Below are positions 37,111 to 49,200 of a stretch of 64,000 nt of DNA, piece by piece (position 1 is the stretch's first letter; every line of letters starts with the position of its first letter). This DNA comes from Narcine bancroftii (taxonomy: Eukaryota). Location: the NCBI RefSeq assembly GCF_036971445.1, contig NC_091471.1, forward strand, positions 159,650,001 to 159,714,000, read 5' to 3'. The notes below the pieces were generated by a model. That model had not been told where the DNA came from and made no database searches. It saw only the letters and a list, made by a program, of their open reading frames with translations. A program made the position numbers and the translations under genes.

Positions 37111-39400
37111 CTCGGATATTGACAAATAAAAAAATTTAGAATGTTCTATTTACCAACTGAATTTCTCAGAGTAAACCAACTGAAAACAAACCATCATCCA
37201 TGATAATGCACCAACTGTGTCTCTTAGAAATTATCTGAATGACAACATGAACTTTTACAAGTATTGAATTTATAAATATGATTAAAAAGAAATGCATTGT
37301 ACATGGCTTCAGTGACCAAGTGTTTTTAACATTAGACAAATATTTTCACGTTGCTTAGCTGAAAACATTGTCTCGCTCCGTACCAGATGCCAACATACAC
37401 TGAGAATTTACAGATCCACAAAAGTGACCAATTTAGATGTCTAAGAATTATAGGTCACTACCACAACTAAGAACACGAGTATACATTATTAGAAGGAGAT
37501 ACCTTAAAATCATTGAGGCTCATTTATCTGAATTAATTTTAGCTTTTTCATCTCCATGAATGTTATGCTTTGAAGGTGGTAAGAGTTGTTCCTAATCTTG
37601 CTTGATACTGGGCAGTTTAGTAATTTTGCTAGTTTTATATTCCAATTTAAAATCTATGAATATTTTAAAAACTTTCACTGATTCTGAAAATGTGAAAAGA
37701 CAATTCTGGAAATGCTCAGGAGGCCAGTCAGCATCTGTGAAAATTAAAAGTTAATAGTTCAAGTCAAAGCTTTTCATCAGAACATATCAATAAAAGGTTA
37801 ACGATTAGAGTTATTAATTATTTCTCACAATAGATGTTACTCGATCTGCTCAGTATTTCCAGCAGCTTCTAAAAATGTTTTACACAACCTTAATTTTCAT
37901 CTGATGAATAGAATTATACCTCAAATCCCCTTTTTGGCAACTAGAAAGGTCATGTCTTTGCAATTAAGTCACAAAGCAAGTCTATTATTTCCCTATATTA
38001 AAAAAAGCCCATATACTACAAGCCCTATTTCAACCTTATTGCTCTGTCAATGTTAATAAAATGTGTTCCCATTTACAAATTCAACCACAACACATCCTGG
38101 TGCCAAATCTGGATTTGTGGCTGCTTCACATTGATCACAGAATGCATTACTGGCACTCCTGAATTAGGAGGACCTCATAACCATTTCCAAATGGTTAACA
38201 AATTCAACCTTTATTCTTAGATATACAGTATAACTAACTCTCAACATTTCAAAATAGAACTACCTTCAAATCCAAAAATAAACTATGCGGTCTGGACCAA
38301 ATGTAAGAAAACGCAACAATAAAATGTAAATACAACTTTACTGACCCAATTCTTTTCATTTGAACTTGAATTCCAAATACTATCAATTTGTTAAAACTGT
38401 TTACAACACTTGTTATCTCAAACTACAACTTAATGTACAAAATATATTTAATTTTTCACAAAAATACTTCATGTAACCAAAGAGTTAAAGCTACATCCAG
38501 TACAACCTCCCTAAAAAATAGCTTTCAACTTCTAATCAACTGACTGGCAAGATCAAATTCTACTATACTTGGCCAATGAACAGGTCAGGAGTCTAGAAAT
38601 AACCCTTTCACCTGGTTAGGAAAGCAATTTCAAAGTAAATTATAAAACTGCTTAACATTACATGCATCTTTATTAAGTACATTGAAGAATCCATACATCT
38701 CACATTTTTGGAGATTATGAATGACCTGGAAATGTTGACCTTTTTCCCTTTTATACTGTATCTAAAAAGGAGTAGAAGCATGAAACCTTGTGTACTAAAA
38801 TGAAAATGAAATTTTATTTCAGATTAAGGCAATGAAATTCACATTAACTGAGGTAAAGGTGAGCATTAAAAAGTAACATTTTATAGCAGACACAACTTGA
38901 AATTAGAACATGAAAGTTTTTAAATAATATCACCAACACTGCAAGATGAAGCAGAAAGCAATAGAAAGATTAACCGTCTTGACACTGTGCAGAAAACCTC
39001 TTGACTGTTCAAAATTTAATAATTTTATTGGATACTAATAAGGTTTTGCTTGTAATTCATATGCAAATAAAATCACCCTCTTTCCTCTCTACAAGGTGGA
39101 GCTCATTTAAATAAATTCAATTTTCAGAAGTTAAAATTCAATTGGAGCTTCTTTGAACATGAAGAACCAAATGGTGGGGTTAAGATTATTTTTGCCAGTC
39201 AAGGATCTTATTATAGTAATAATAAGCAAGAGATTACAAAAACAAGAAAAATAAGGGAAATAGAGGACAAGACAAAACAAAAGGTCAATGATTTTATATT
39301 GAAGGTTTCAGAATTTTTCAAAGCTATAATACTAAATATTGAATGAAAATGTTTGCTTTATGTACATATGCAAACTATAAATATTTTTGTTTTAGTTTAC

Positions 39401-39547
39401 CATTATCATTGCTATAGTTCAACAGGAAGCCACAAAAGACAGTCAAGAGCTTCTGATTGGCCGCGTCAATATTACTGCATAGTGTCTGTAAGTGGTCAAC
39501 TACTATCTGTACGCCACCAGAGAGGTCAACTGCATTCCTGCCCTCAT
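39401..39547 (-). CDS. RAP1GDS1: RAP1GDS1 exon 5 (cassette exon that separates SmgGDS-607 from SmgGDS-558 in mammals)
   Basis: HEGRNAVDLSGGVQIVVDHLQTLCSNIDAANQKLLTVFCGFLLNYSNDN; 147 nt = 49 codons; tttgcag acceptor, gtaaac donor. Confidence 0.93.
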
Positions 39548-40289
39548 CTGCAAAACAAAGAATTAAATTAAAAAATCTGCAACATAAATATAATTTCAAA
39601 CTAGGCATAGAGAAAAATAAAATGCTTTAAATAAAAAAAAAACAAGCAGCATTTATAAAATAATATCAGTAAAGTGTCAGCCGTAAACAATTGTTTTAAT
39701 AAAATTAACAGTTTTTGAAACTGACCCTAAATGAAGCACCTGCAAGAATGCATTTTACACTCAGCCAGAGAACCACTACAATACTTTCACCTCCTATTCC
39801 CTCGCCATTATGCCTGAAGTTCCCCAAGGATTCATTCTGTCGTCTCTTTCTATATAGTATAATTTGCCATGAGTCAAAACATGATACTGATGTCATATGT
39901 AAAGCAAGTTCTGTCTCTCAAAACCTCACCAATTTATCTGATCATGGCATGTTGGACAGCCAGGACAAGGAGAGCAAAAATTTCTTCCAACTAGTCATCA
40001 AGAATTGTTGCTACTGCCTGAGCAATATGTCTTATACATTCAGTATCATGGATAACTGTACAAACTAACTTTCCAATCACACCAGTCTTATCACTAAGCA
40101 TATAATTTTCTGCCTCATTTAAATGTACCCGACTCTGCATCCTGCAGCACGTTTGCAGCTGATTTGCTTCCACACATTTTCTCTATATTTGACTCTTTCC
40201 ATTATTCTTGATAATTCTGAATACTAACCTCCATAAAGTTAAGATCATGAAAATTTCAAGGCAGGATGCTGGCAGTAGTTTTGCAAGTT

Positions 40290-40980
40290 CAACCATCACC
40301 CAAGTTTAATGATCTACATCAACAAACAATTTTGGAATTCAACTGTGATGCATTTTGGGAAGTTAAATGAATTGTTGAATACAAACACCTTGGTGTACAT
40401 TTACACATTTTCTCTGAAAATGGGAACACAGGTAGCAAGGGTGGTGAAGAAGGAGCAGGCCAAGGAAATTAGTCAAAAACTTTTGACGCTGAGTTACAAA
40501 TGTACAAAATATTTGGTTAGGCCAAGATTGTTTACAGTTCCGGTAACCACACTACATGATAAATAAATCTGAACTAGAGTGGGTGCAGAAAAGAAGCACA
40601 AGGATATATCTGGATTGGAGGGCTTGCATTATCAGGAGAGATTGGAAAGATTAGGTCTATTTTTTTAAGGAGATCAAGACATGAGAATCGCAAAGAGACA
40701 AGGAAGCTAGATCTGTTTTCCATGGTAGGGGTCTAAAACTAGAGGCATGAATTTTAAGATGAGAGGGAGAAGGGTTAAAGGATATCTGAGCATCAAAATG
40801 TTCACATTGTAGCTGGTATCTGTAATGAGTTACCAAAGATGGTGCTGGATGTAGGAATAGTAACAACATTCAAGAAGGATTAGATAGATACTTGCTGAAC
40901 AGGGCATAAAGGAAAATGGCACTAATGCAGGAAAAAGGAATTAATGTAGATTGGCACAATGGGTGGCATTGACATTCCAC
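40290..40980 (+). mobile_element. Degraded CR1 3' fragment
   Basis: VMHFG and LVRPRL motifs followed by CR1-like C-terminal sequence. Boundaries approximate. Confidence 0.55.
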
Positions 40981-42284
40981 TCCAAAGTGGCTGTCTCTTT
41001 CTATACTGCAAAACTTCATTACTGTTAACTTCATTTTCAAATCCTCCCATGGTATTACCCACTCCTATCCCACTCATCTTCCTGCTCTGCAAGTTGGCAA
41101 GATTTTCATTTGTTCAGAACAAATCTGTGCATTTCCACCTTTAACCTCAGCACAACCTCAGACACACCATCAGCATCCAAGATCCCAAGCAGTGGAATTA
41201 TTTTTTCCTACCAAATCTCATCTTACGACTTAATTTTTTTCATTTTTTTTAATATAAACGGCCTTATAAAACCTACACTGATTAATCCTTCTTCATTGAT
41301 CATAAGCATTCATTTCCTTATGAATATTCTTTGAAAGCTTTGCTACTTCAAAAATGAACAAAATAGATACAAACAAGGCAACTTTCTCCATGATTTATTG
41401 CTCAACACCTTCTAAAGCTCAGAGTTTAAAATGATAATTACTGGAAAGCTGAAGAACTCTCATGAAAGAAACTTAATACAAGACAATAACTTTCATATTG
41501 TCTCAGTTTGAACAACCTTCAAGGGATCTCTAGAGAAAGTTATAAAAGACACCCCAAAGCCTTAGAACCACAAACCGCTGGTCCTGCTTTTTATATAAAA
41601 AAAAGGATTATAAACTTGTTATGGTACATGAGCAATGAGTACCCAAGAAATTTCTGATCTTTTACATAGTGCTTAAGACCACATGTACTCTACAAGATAT
41701 TTGAAGACACAAGGCATCTTTAAAGATGTCATAAAACTTTCAAACAGAAAATGTTAATGCCAATAATCCAAAGGAGCAAATGAAGAGAAGAAAACACAAA
41801 GGTTGTATATGTTCAAGTAAAACAAATTGAATTCTTGAGCTGAGAAAGCCTAGTGTAGCACTGAATATTCTTCAACTTTGGGGATATTATCCACACTAAA
41901 AAAATTGTGTATATCACACTGAGGAACAGGCTTTTTCCACAGCAGCTGAGCAATCTATAATACACAAAATGTATGCAACTTACAAGTAAAATTTGTCATG
42001 ACTGTTGAAAAAGATGGATGTAATGATGCTTTAAAGTTAGAATAAAATGCTTCCAATTTTCTTTGCACCACCAGGTTTATGTGATTTGTCTCCTCCCCAC
42101 CACAGTATTTTACATTTATTACATGATAAATTATCTGATTATCGAATACTGTTCCAAAGCTTTAGTTCATGCAAGTGGATAATGCCTGCATAAATACTTA
42201 TTTAACACAGTTGCCTTGCCAAGCAGCCAAATCCATTGACAGATTTTTAATGGAAATTGGAAATACATTGCAGAATATTTCACT

Positions 42285-42479
42285 TACTGAAACAGTACTA
42301 CTGAAACAGTACTACTGAAACAGTACTACTGAAACAGTACTACTGAAACAGTACTACTGAAACAGTACTACTGAAACAGTACTACTGAAACAGTACTACT
42401 GAAACAGTACTACTGAAACAGTACTACTGAAACAGTACTACTGAAACAGTACTACTGAAACAGTACTACTGAAACAGTA
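42285..42479. repeat. 14-bp tandem repeat (TACTGAAACAGTAC) x~14
   Basis: Perfect array read directly. Confidence 0.97.
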
Positions 42480-43825
42480 GTTTTGTACAATATTCTTTTT
42501 TTTAAAGAATCTGTAGCGTCTTCATACTTGTATACATATAAATAAAGAGGAGAAAACCATTGGATCAGTTAGAATGAATTAATCAGTAATCCTATATTAA
42601 ACAAATTGACTCTTGTTAGTCATTCATAAGAATATATGTCTAATAAAATGACCAGAATTATAATCACAGATAAAAAAGTTAGTTGCAGTAAATTTCATTT
42701 GTATTACAAATTGAAGAGCTGGAGATGCAGGAATCTGAAATGGCAACAGAAAATGTTCAAAACGCTCAGCAGCATCTGTGGTAAGAGAAACAGCTAACAT
42801 CTGAGGATGAAGATCAATCTGACAAAAAGACACTCTCTTGAAAACTCATTTTCCTTTCCACAGATGATGTCTGACTTACTTAATGCTTCCATCCTTTTTA
42901 AATTTTTTTTTATATTGTTGGCAGGTTGGAAAGATAATATAGTTTTAGTTCAATTATTGGAAACATAATCTTTGTATTTTATCAGTTTCCACAAAATTCA
43001 TTAGACTAGGGTCTGGACCTCTGTCATAAATTTACTACAACTATATTCTTATTCTAATTATTTGACTATCATTGTTAATATATAATTCCTGAATTTTACA
43101 CGAACTATGCAATCTCACTGCACTTAATCATATTGTTTCATGTGCAGTACGATGTATAGGATTAGTATGGCACTGGTCAAGTGGGAGGGATATGGAAGAA
43201 TTGGGAAACAAGACATACGTGGGCCAAAGAAAGAGTTAAATATTTTATTTTGTTGAACATAAATTAGACCACAAGAGATAGGAACAGAATTAAGCCATTC
43301 AGCCTATTGAGTCTGCTCCACCATTCGAATCATGGCTGACATACTGGTATGAAATTAGTATTAAAGGGTTGCCCAAATAAAATTAATATTTGTGTAACTA
43401 ATTACAATGAGTCTCTGCATCAAAGCATCAGAGCAAAGTAATGCTTCTTGTATTAAAAAAATTAATACAAGCAGAAATAGCCTACTCAGAAACAAGATTA
43501 TTCCAAAATTCTAAAAACCCAAGAATGCTAATAGACCAATTTGAGAACATAATGCATTTAGACTATTTTTGTAAGGTGACAAATCTTCACATTTTAATTT
43601 TTAAATCTTTCATGCTACTGTTGATTAAACCAGACAGCAATAAGTAAATTTTATTGCATTTGAACCTCCTGCCAGTTTTGTTACATATGGTTTAATTTTA
43701 AAAGAGAAAACGATTCATAATTTCATTTTAGCACTAAACTAGAAGTACCAATTGTTAAATTGAACCATTAAGTACCCAAGGTTATGAACATCATATCAAT
43801 TTAACAATCTTCATTTTGGACTTAC

Positions 43826-43951
43826 GGCTATCATAGCAAATATTTCCCAGAGCACGTCCCGTTTGAAGAAGCACTTCTTGATCTTTGTTGTTCAGGAGCA
43901 GAACCAATGGTGGAATCAATCCTGTATCCACACATGTGTTTCGAATGAATT
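43826..43951 (-). CDS. RAP1GDS1: RAP1GDS1 exon 4 (armadillo repeat)
   Basis: EFIRNTCVDTGLIPPLVLLLNNKDQEVLLQTGRALGNICYDS between tttgcag and gtaagt; 126 nt. Confidence 0.95.
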
Positions 43952-44204
43952 CTGCAAACAGAATGGATATTGTCGAGATATTTCTCAAAAATACCCAAAA
44001 TCACTATGGATCCAAATTGAAGACATTATCAGACGAAATTCCTATCCAAGTTGCAAGGCATTTGCTTATATTAAAACTTAGGTCAATACATTCCAAATTT
44101 TCTACATTTTTTTTTCTTTTTAAGGAACGTGAAAAGATACAAGTCAGACAATTTAATTACATTAGAGTAAAATTATAAAGTTTATAAGTGAGTCATAAAT
44201 GACC

Positions 44205-44440
44205 CCCATAACTTCTAGTATCTTATATCCAAATTATTAATTGAATAACAAATCTTTTCCATATTCAAACAGGACACAATGTCACACAACCATTGATCAT
44301 GAGTTGGCGGGGCAACGTCCTTCCATTTAAGTAAAATTGCATGCCTCACCAAAAGAGAGGCAAAAGAAGCGGTGCGACTCTGACACCGAGATAAAGAATT
44401 GTTCCCTCCTGTTGTACTGAAGAGGCCCCCCAAAGGATTC
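44205..44440 (-). mobile_element. L1/Tx1 ORF2 C-terminal fragment
   Basis: ILLKWKDVAPPTHDQWLCDIVSCLNMEKI motif. Confidence 0.6.
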
Positions 44441-45489
44441 AGTGTTCAATCTATATTGAAATTTTTGATACCTTTTAACTGTCATTTCAAATTTTAAAAT
44501 TAACTATACACAGAGGGATTTACAATATTCACTCAAGGACCAACCAATACCTGAATGGATAGAATAATAAAAAAATGTCTATCTGATACAGCCATTTCAT
44601 GTAAACAAAAGGAACAGAGGGAAATCTGGATTTTCCATTAAATGGACATAAATTTGCATCATTAAAACTGCAACTCAAAACATAATTGAACTCGAGTGTG
44701 TGCCATATCCACTCGAAATTTATTTTAATCAAAGTGAACAATGAACAATTCTGTCCAATCTAATGCTCAAAATGTATTTCCCCTTCATCTATTTGTTTCT
44801 ACATTTCCTGCCAAAAGATTGGGCAAATGTGCAAGTTACAGATTGGCATGGTGAACAAATACATGATCCAAGAGGGCTTATAGGAATCAAAGGTGCGATA
44901 AGAGCTAGAAATACCGAACAATGTTGGAATGCAAAAATGGAATACAATAATTCTGTTATTGACCTGGATTGGTAGTGTTGATGAACGAAAGAATTTGGGG
45001 TTTATTCCTAATAAAAAGGTAAAATAAAATCATGTAATGTTATCATCAGCCCACTCTGGAGTAGGGATTGGGGACAAGCAGTGGAAGTTGATCAGGACTT
45101 AAGACTTTGTTTTGGAAGGGGTTAACCAAGATGAAAGTTATCTGATTTGCAATGGTGCAAAGGATAGTACTAATCAAAGTATGAAATGAGAAATTAATAT
45201 ATTCAGCATTCACGTATATTCTTTTCATGGTGGATAAGCTTGTGTGGTCTTGTGATCCTGAGAGTGATGCCATCTGGACCTATACTCCTGGTAAGGTTAG
45301 CCATGGCAGTAAGGTCAAGGGTGAAGTCCCTGACATGGAACAAGCCAACTAAATTCTCAACGATGGAACAACGCCACTTTGAACTCGATGGCTGTAACAA
45401 ATCCATCAGCTCCAATCATCGTGGTTTTAATGCCATAGGAATTAGTTGGTTGGTGAAGTATCTTATCCTTCTTGGAGTGCACCATCAAA

Positions 45490-46978
45490 TCTTTCTTTGG
45501 CTTGGCTTCGCGGACGAAGATTTATGGAGGGGTAATGTCCACGTCAGCTGCAGGCTCGTTTGTGGCTGACAAGTCCGATGCGGGACAGGCAGACACGGTT
45601 GCGTTTGCAAGGGAAAATTGGTTGGTTGGGGTTGGGTGTTGGGTTTTTCCTCCTTTGTCTTTTGACAGTGAGGTGGGCTCTGCGGTCTTCTTCAAAGGAG
45701 GTTGCTGCCCGCCGAACTGTGAGGCGCACGATGCACGGTTTGAGGCGATATCAGCCCACTGGCGATGGTCAATGTGGCAGGCACCAAGAGCTTTCTTTAG
45801 GCAGTCCTTGTACCTCTTCTTTGGTGCACCTCTGTGTCAGTGGCCAGTGGAGAGCTCACCATATAACACGATCTAGGGAAGGCGATCGTCCTCCATTCTG
45901 GAGACGTGACCTACCCAGCGCAGTTGGATCCTCAGCAGCGTGGATTTGATGCTGTCGGCCTCTGCCATCTCGAGTACTTTGATGTTGGAGATGAAGTTGC
46001 TCCAATGAATGTTGAGGATGGAGCGGAGACAACGCTGGTGGAAGCGTTCTAGGAGCCGTAGGTGATGCCAGTAAAGGACCCATGATTCGGAGCCGAACAG
46101 GAGTGTGGGTATGACAATGGCTCTGTATACGCTAATCTTTGTGAGGTTTTTCAGTTGGTCGTTTTTCCAGACTCTTTTGTGTAGTCTTCCAAAGGCACTA
46201 TTTGCCTTGGCGAGTCTGTTGTCTATCTCGTTGTCGATCCTTGCATCCGATGAAATGGTGCAGCCGAGATATGTAAACTGGTTGACCGTTTTGAGTTTTG
46301 TGTGCCCGATGGAGATGAGGGGGGGCTGGTAGTCATGGTGGGGAGCTGGCTGATGGAGGACCTCCGTTTTCTTCAGGCTGACTTCCAGGCCAAACATTTT
46401 GGCAGTTTCCACAAGACGCAAAGAGTAGTTCACGGACAAGTTGCTCTTGTGTCTTGGTGTGAGCTTGCAGGTGCCTCAGATTGAAGAGACTGCCATCCGT
46501 GCAGTACCGGATGTAAACAGCGTCTTCATTGTTGAGGTCTTTCATGGCTTGTTTCAGCATCATGCTGAAGAAGATTGAAAAGAGGGTTGGTGCGAGAACA
46601 CAGCCTTGCTTCACGCCATTGTTAATGAAGAAGGGTTCAGAGAGCTCATTGCTGTATCTGACCCGACCTTGTTGGTTTTCGTGCAGTTGGATAACCATGT
46701 TGAGGAACTTTGGGGGGCATCCGAGGAACTCTAGTATTTGCTATTTCCTACTCATGGTGTCGAAGGCTTTGGTGAGGTCAACAAAGGTGATGTAGAGTCC
46801 TTTGTTTTGTTCTCTGCACTTTTCTTGGAGCTGTCTGAGGGCAAAGACCATGTCAGTAGTTCCTCTGTTTGCGCGAAAGCCGCACTGTGATTCTGGGAGA
46901 ACATTTTTGGCGACACTAGATATTATTCTATTTAGGAGAATCATAGCGAAGATTTTGCTTGCAATGGAGAGCAGCGTG
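45490..46978 (-). mobile_element. 5'-truncated RTE LINE, same family as 7325-8838
   Basis: Reverse-complement match with the same RT and C-terminal motifs; has small deletions. Confidence 0.9.
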
Positions 46979-47019
46979 TTAAACAAATACACACAGGCAT
47001 CTTTGCAAATTCCAGAGAT

Positions 47020-47285
47020 TCCACACTCTGACTAAAGAAATTCCTCCGCGTCTATTTTAAATGGGCGCCCTTCAATCCTGAAGTTGTGCCCTCTTCTCCT
47101 AGACTCTCTCACCAAGGGAAACAACTTTGCCACATCTACTCTGTCCAGGCCTTTCAACATTTGAAATGCTTCTATGAAGTCCCCCTCCTTCTTCTGAACT
47201 TCAAGGAATACAGTCCAAGAGCTGTTAAACATTCTTTACATTCCAATCCCTTCATTCCAGGAATCATTATTGTAAATCTCCTATC
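47020..47285 (-). mobile_element. CR1 3' fragment
   Basis: GDFIEAFQMLKGLDRVD..RGHNFRI motif. Confidence 0.65.
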
Positions 47286-47785
47286 AGAGAGCTATCCTCT
47301 CCCCTTCTTTTCTGCCTTCTCAACTGCATCCACCCATGACCTGTTACCTGCTGGCCTGTGCTCCAACCCTTCCTCTTCTCTCCTCTCCCCACCTTATTAT
47401 TCAGGTGCCTGTCTGTATAGCTGATGAAGCACCTAGGCCTGAAACCTTTGCTACCTTTAACTTTCTATAGATTCTGCATGACCTGCTGAGATTCTCTAGC
47501 ACATTTGTGTAATGTAATTGACTCAGCATCTACAGACTTTGTCTCACACGATTTAAAGACTGCTTGATTTAAAAATTACAGGTTATCATAATTTTAATTG
47601 CAAATCTTTACAACTGATTTAGTTACAATACACAAATTGAATATTAATTTCTGAAATATTGAGGAAAAGCAATAAACATTTATTGTACATAAAAGGCTGT
47701 TGCTCCGGACAAAATAAAACATTGAGAGATGGTGCAATGAAACTGAAGATGTTCCAGCAGAGCAAGTTTGTGTGGAAGACCTCAC

Positions 47786-47908
47786 CATTTTTGGCTACTT
47801 CTGCAATAATGTTTGCTACTTTTGCTGCACAGGAACAATGTGGAGACAGTAGACGTGAGAAAACTTGAAGAATGCCACTCTCCTGCAGCTTTACACTGGT
47901 TTCTGCAT
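47786..47908 (-). CDS. RAP1GDS1: RAP1GDS1 exon 3
   Basis: ttgcag|AT GCA GAA... encodes NAETSVKLQESGILQVFSRLLSPHCSCAAKVANIIAEVAKN, then gtgag; 123 nt. Not in the ORF track. Confidence 0.93.
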
Positions 47909-48379
47909 CTGCAACAAAGATTCCAGTTATAAGTTAACATTCAATTACATCCAGGAAATGTAAACATGCTTTATGCATTTATATCCAAGGCAAATAATGA
48001 ATTGGAAGGATTATATATTCTATGTGTTTAAATAAACCTGTTGGGAAAGCAGGTTCAAAAGGTAAACATATAAGAACTCCATAGTAGGATATAAATGTCT
48101 GAAGAGACAACAGGCAATAATGGAAAAAGTTTGGTATTGGGGCAAAATAATTGAAAATTAAATCCTGGAGATGGTTAGAGATAGATATACATGTATAATC
48201 ATAATAAAGCTTATTGTTATTTATATTATATAATGTTCCAAAATTCTTATGTTCCAGGTGAACAGGTATTCTGTTAAAAAATTAAAAACTACAATAGTAT
48301 ATTTAATTGAATCAAAAGGAGACAATACAAATAAATATAAAATATTCAGTTATCCTAGTGCAAAAAAAAGAGCAATAGT

Positions 48380-49200
48380 GCAGAGTCCCTGAATAGGGTT
48401 AAAAGGGAAGGTTCAAGAGTCTGATAGCTGCTAGTAGAAACTATTCTTGAACCTGGAAGTGCTGGTCTTCAGGGTTCTGTACCTTCTGCCCAAAGGTAGC
48501 TGTAAGAAGTTGAGACAAGGGAATATTGGGGATACTTCGTGATGGTGGATGCCTACTTGTGGGAATGTCTTACGTAGATGCATTCAATGGATGGGAAATG
48601 AGAACCCCCTGGCTATGGTTGTTACCTTTTATGACCCTGGGCACATCACATCCCCATACCAGGTTGTGAGACACCCAGACAGTATACTTTCCGCAGTGCA
48701 CTTGTAGAAGCATGATATTTGACAACATGCCAATTCTCATCAGATTCTTTAGAAAGTAGAGCTGGTAGTGTGCCTTCTTCATAGTGGCCTTAATGCGCTG
48801 GCACCATGAGAGGTCTTCCAAAAAATGGACTTCCAGGAACTAACCCTCTCTACCCCAGTCCATCAAAGTGGACAGGTTTCTGGCCCTTCAGTTTCTCCTT
48901 CCTAAAAGGAACAACATGCTCCTTGGTCTTGGTGATATTGAGAGCATTACTGCTCTAGCCCATCCATTCTCAACCTTCATTCTGACTCATCATTTCCAGT
49001 AATTTGGCCAACAGCATTGGTGTCATCTATAAATATGTAGATCAAGCTACAGCCAAAATTGAGAGTAGGAGGACTATGCATGCAGCCTGTGTTGACGGTC
49101 AGTGTGGAGGTGATGCTGCCAATTAGCATTGATTGGGGATTGTCAATGAGGAAGTAAGGCCTCTAGTTGAAGAAGGACAGAGTCCTAGATCCTGCTGATA
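48380..49200 (-). mobile_element. Degraded Rex1/Babar-like LINE fragment
   Basis: EDLSW..KKAHYQLYFLK motif; similar to 17400-18302. Boundaries approximate. Confidence 0.55.

Noticed and set aside
45046-45480. Possible 5' UTR fragment of another RTE-type LINE
   Set aside because: Resemblance from memory only; no coding motif or boundary supports a call.
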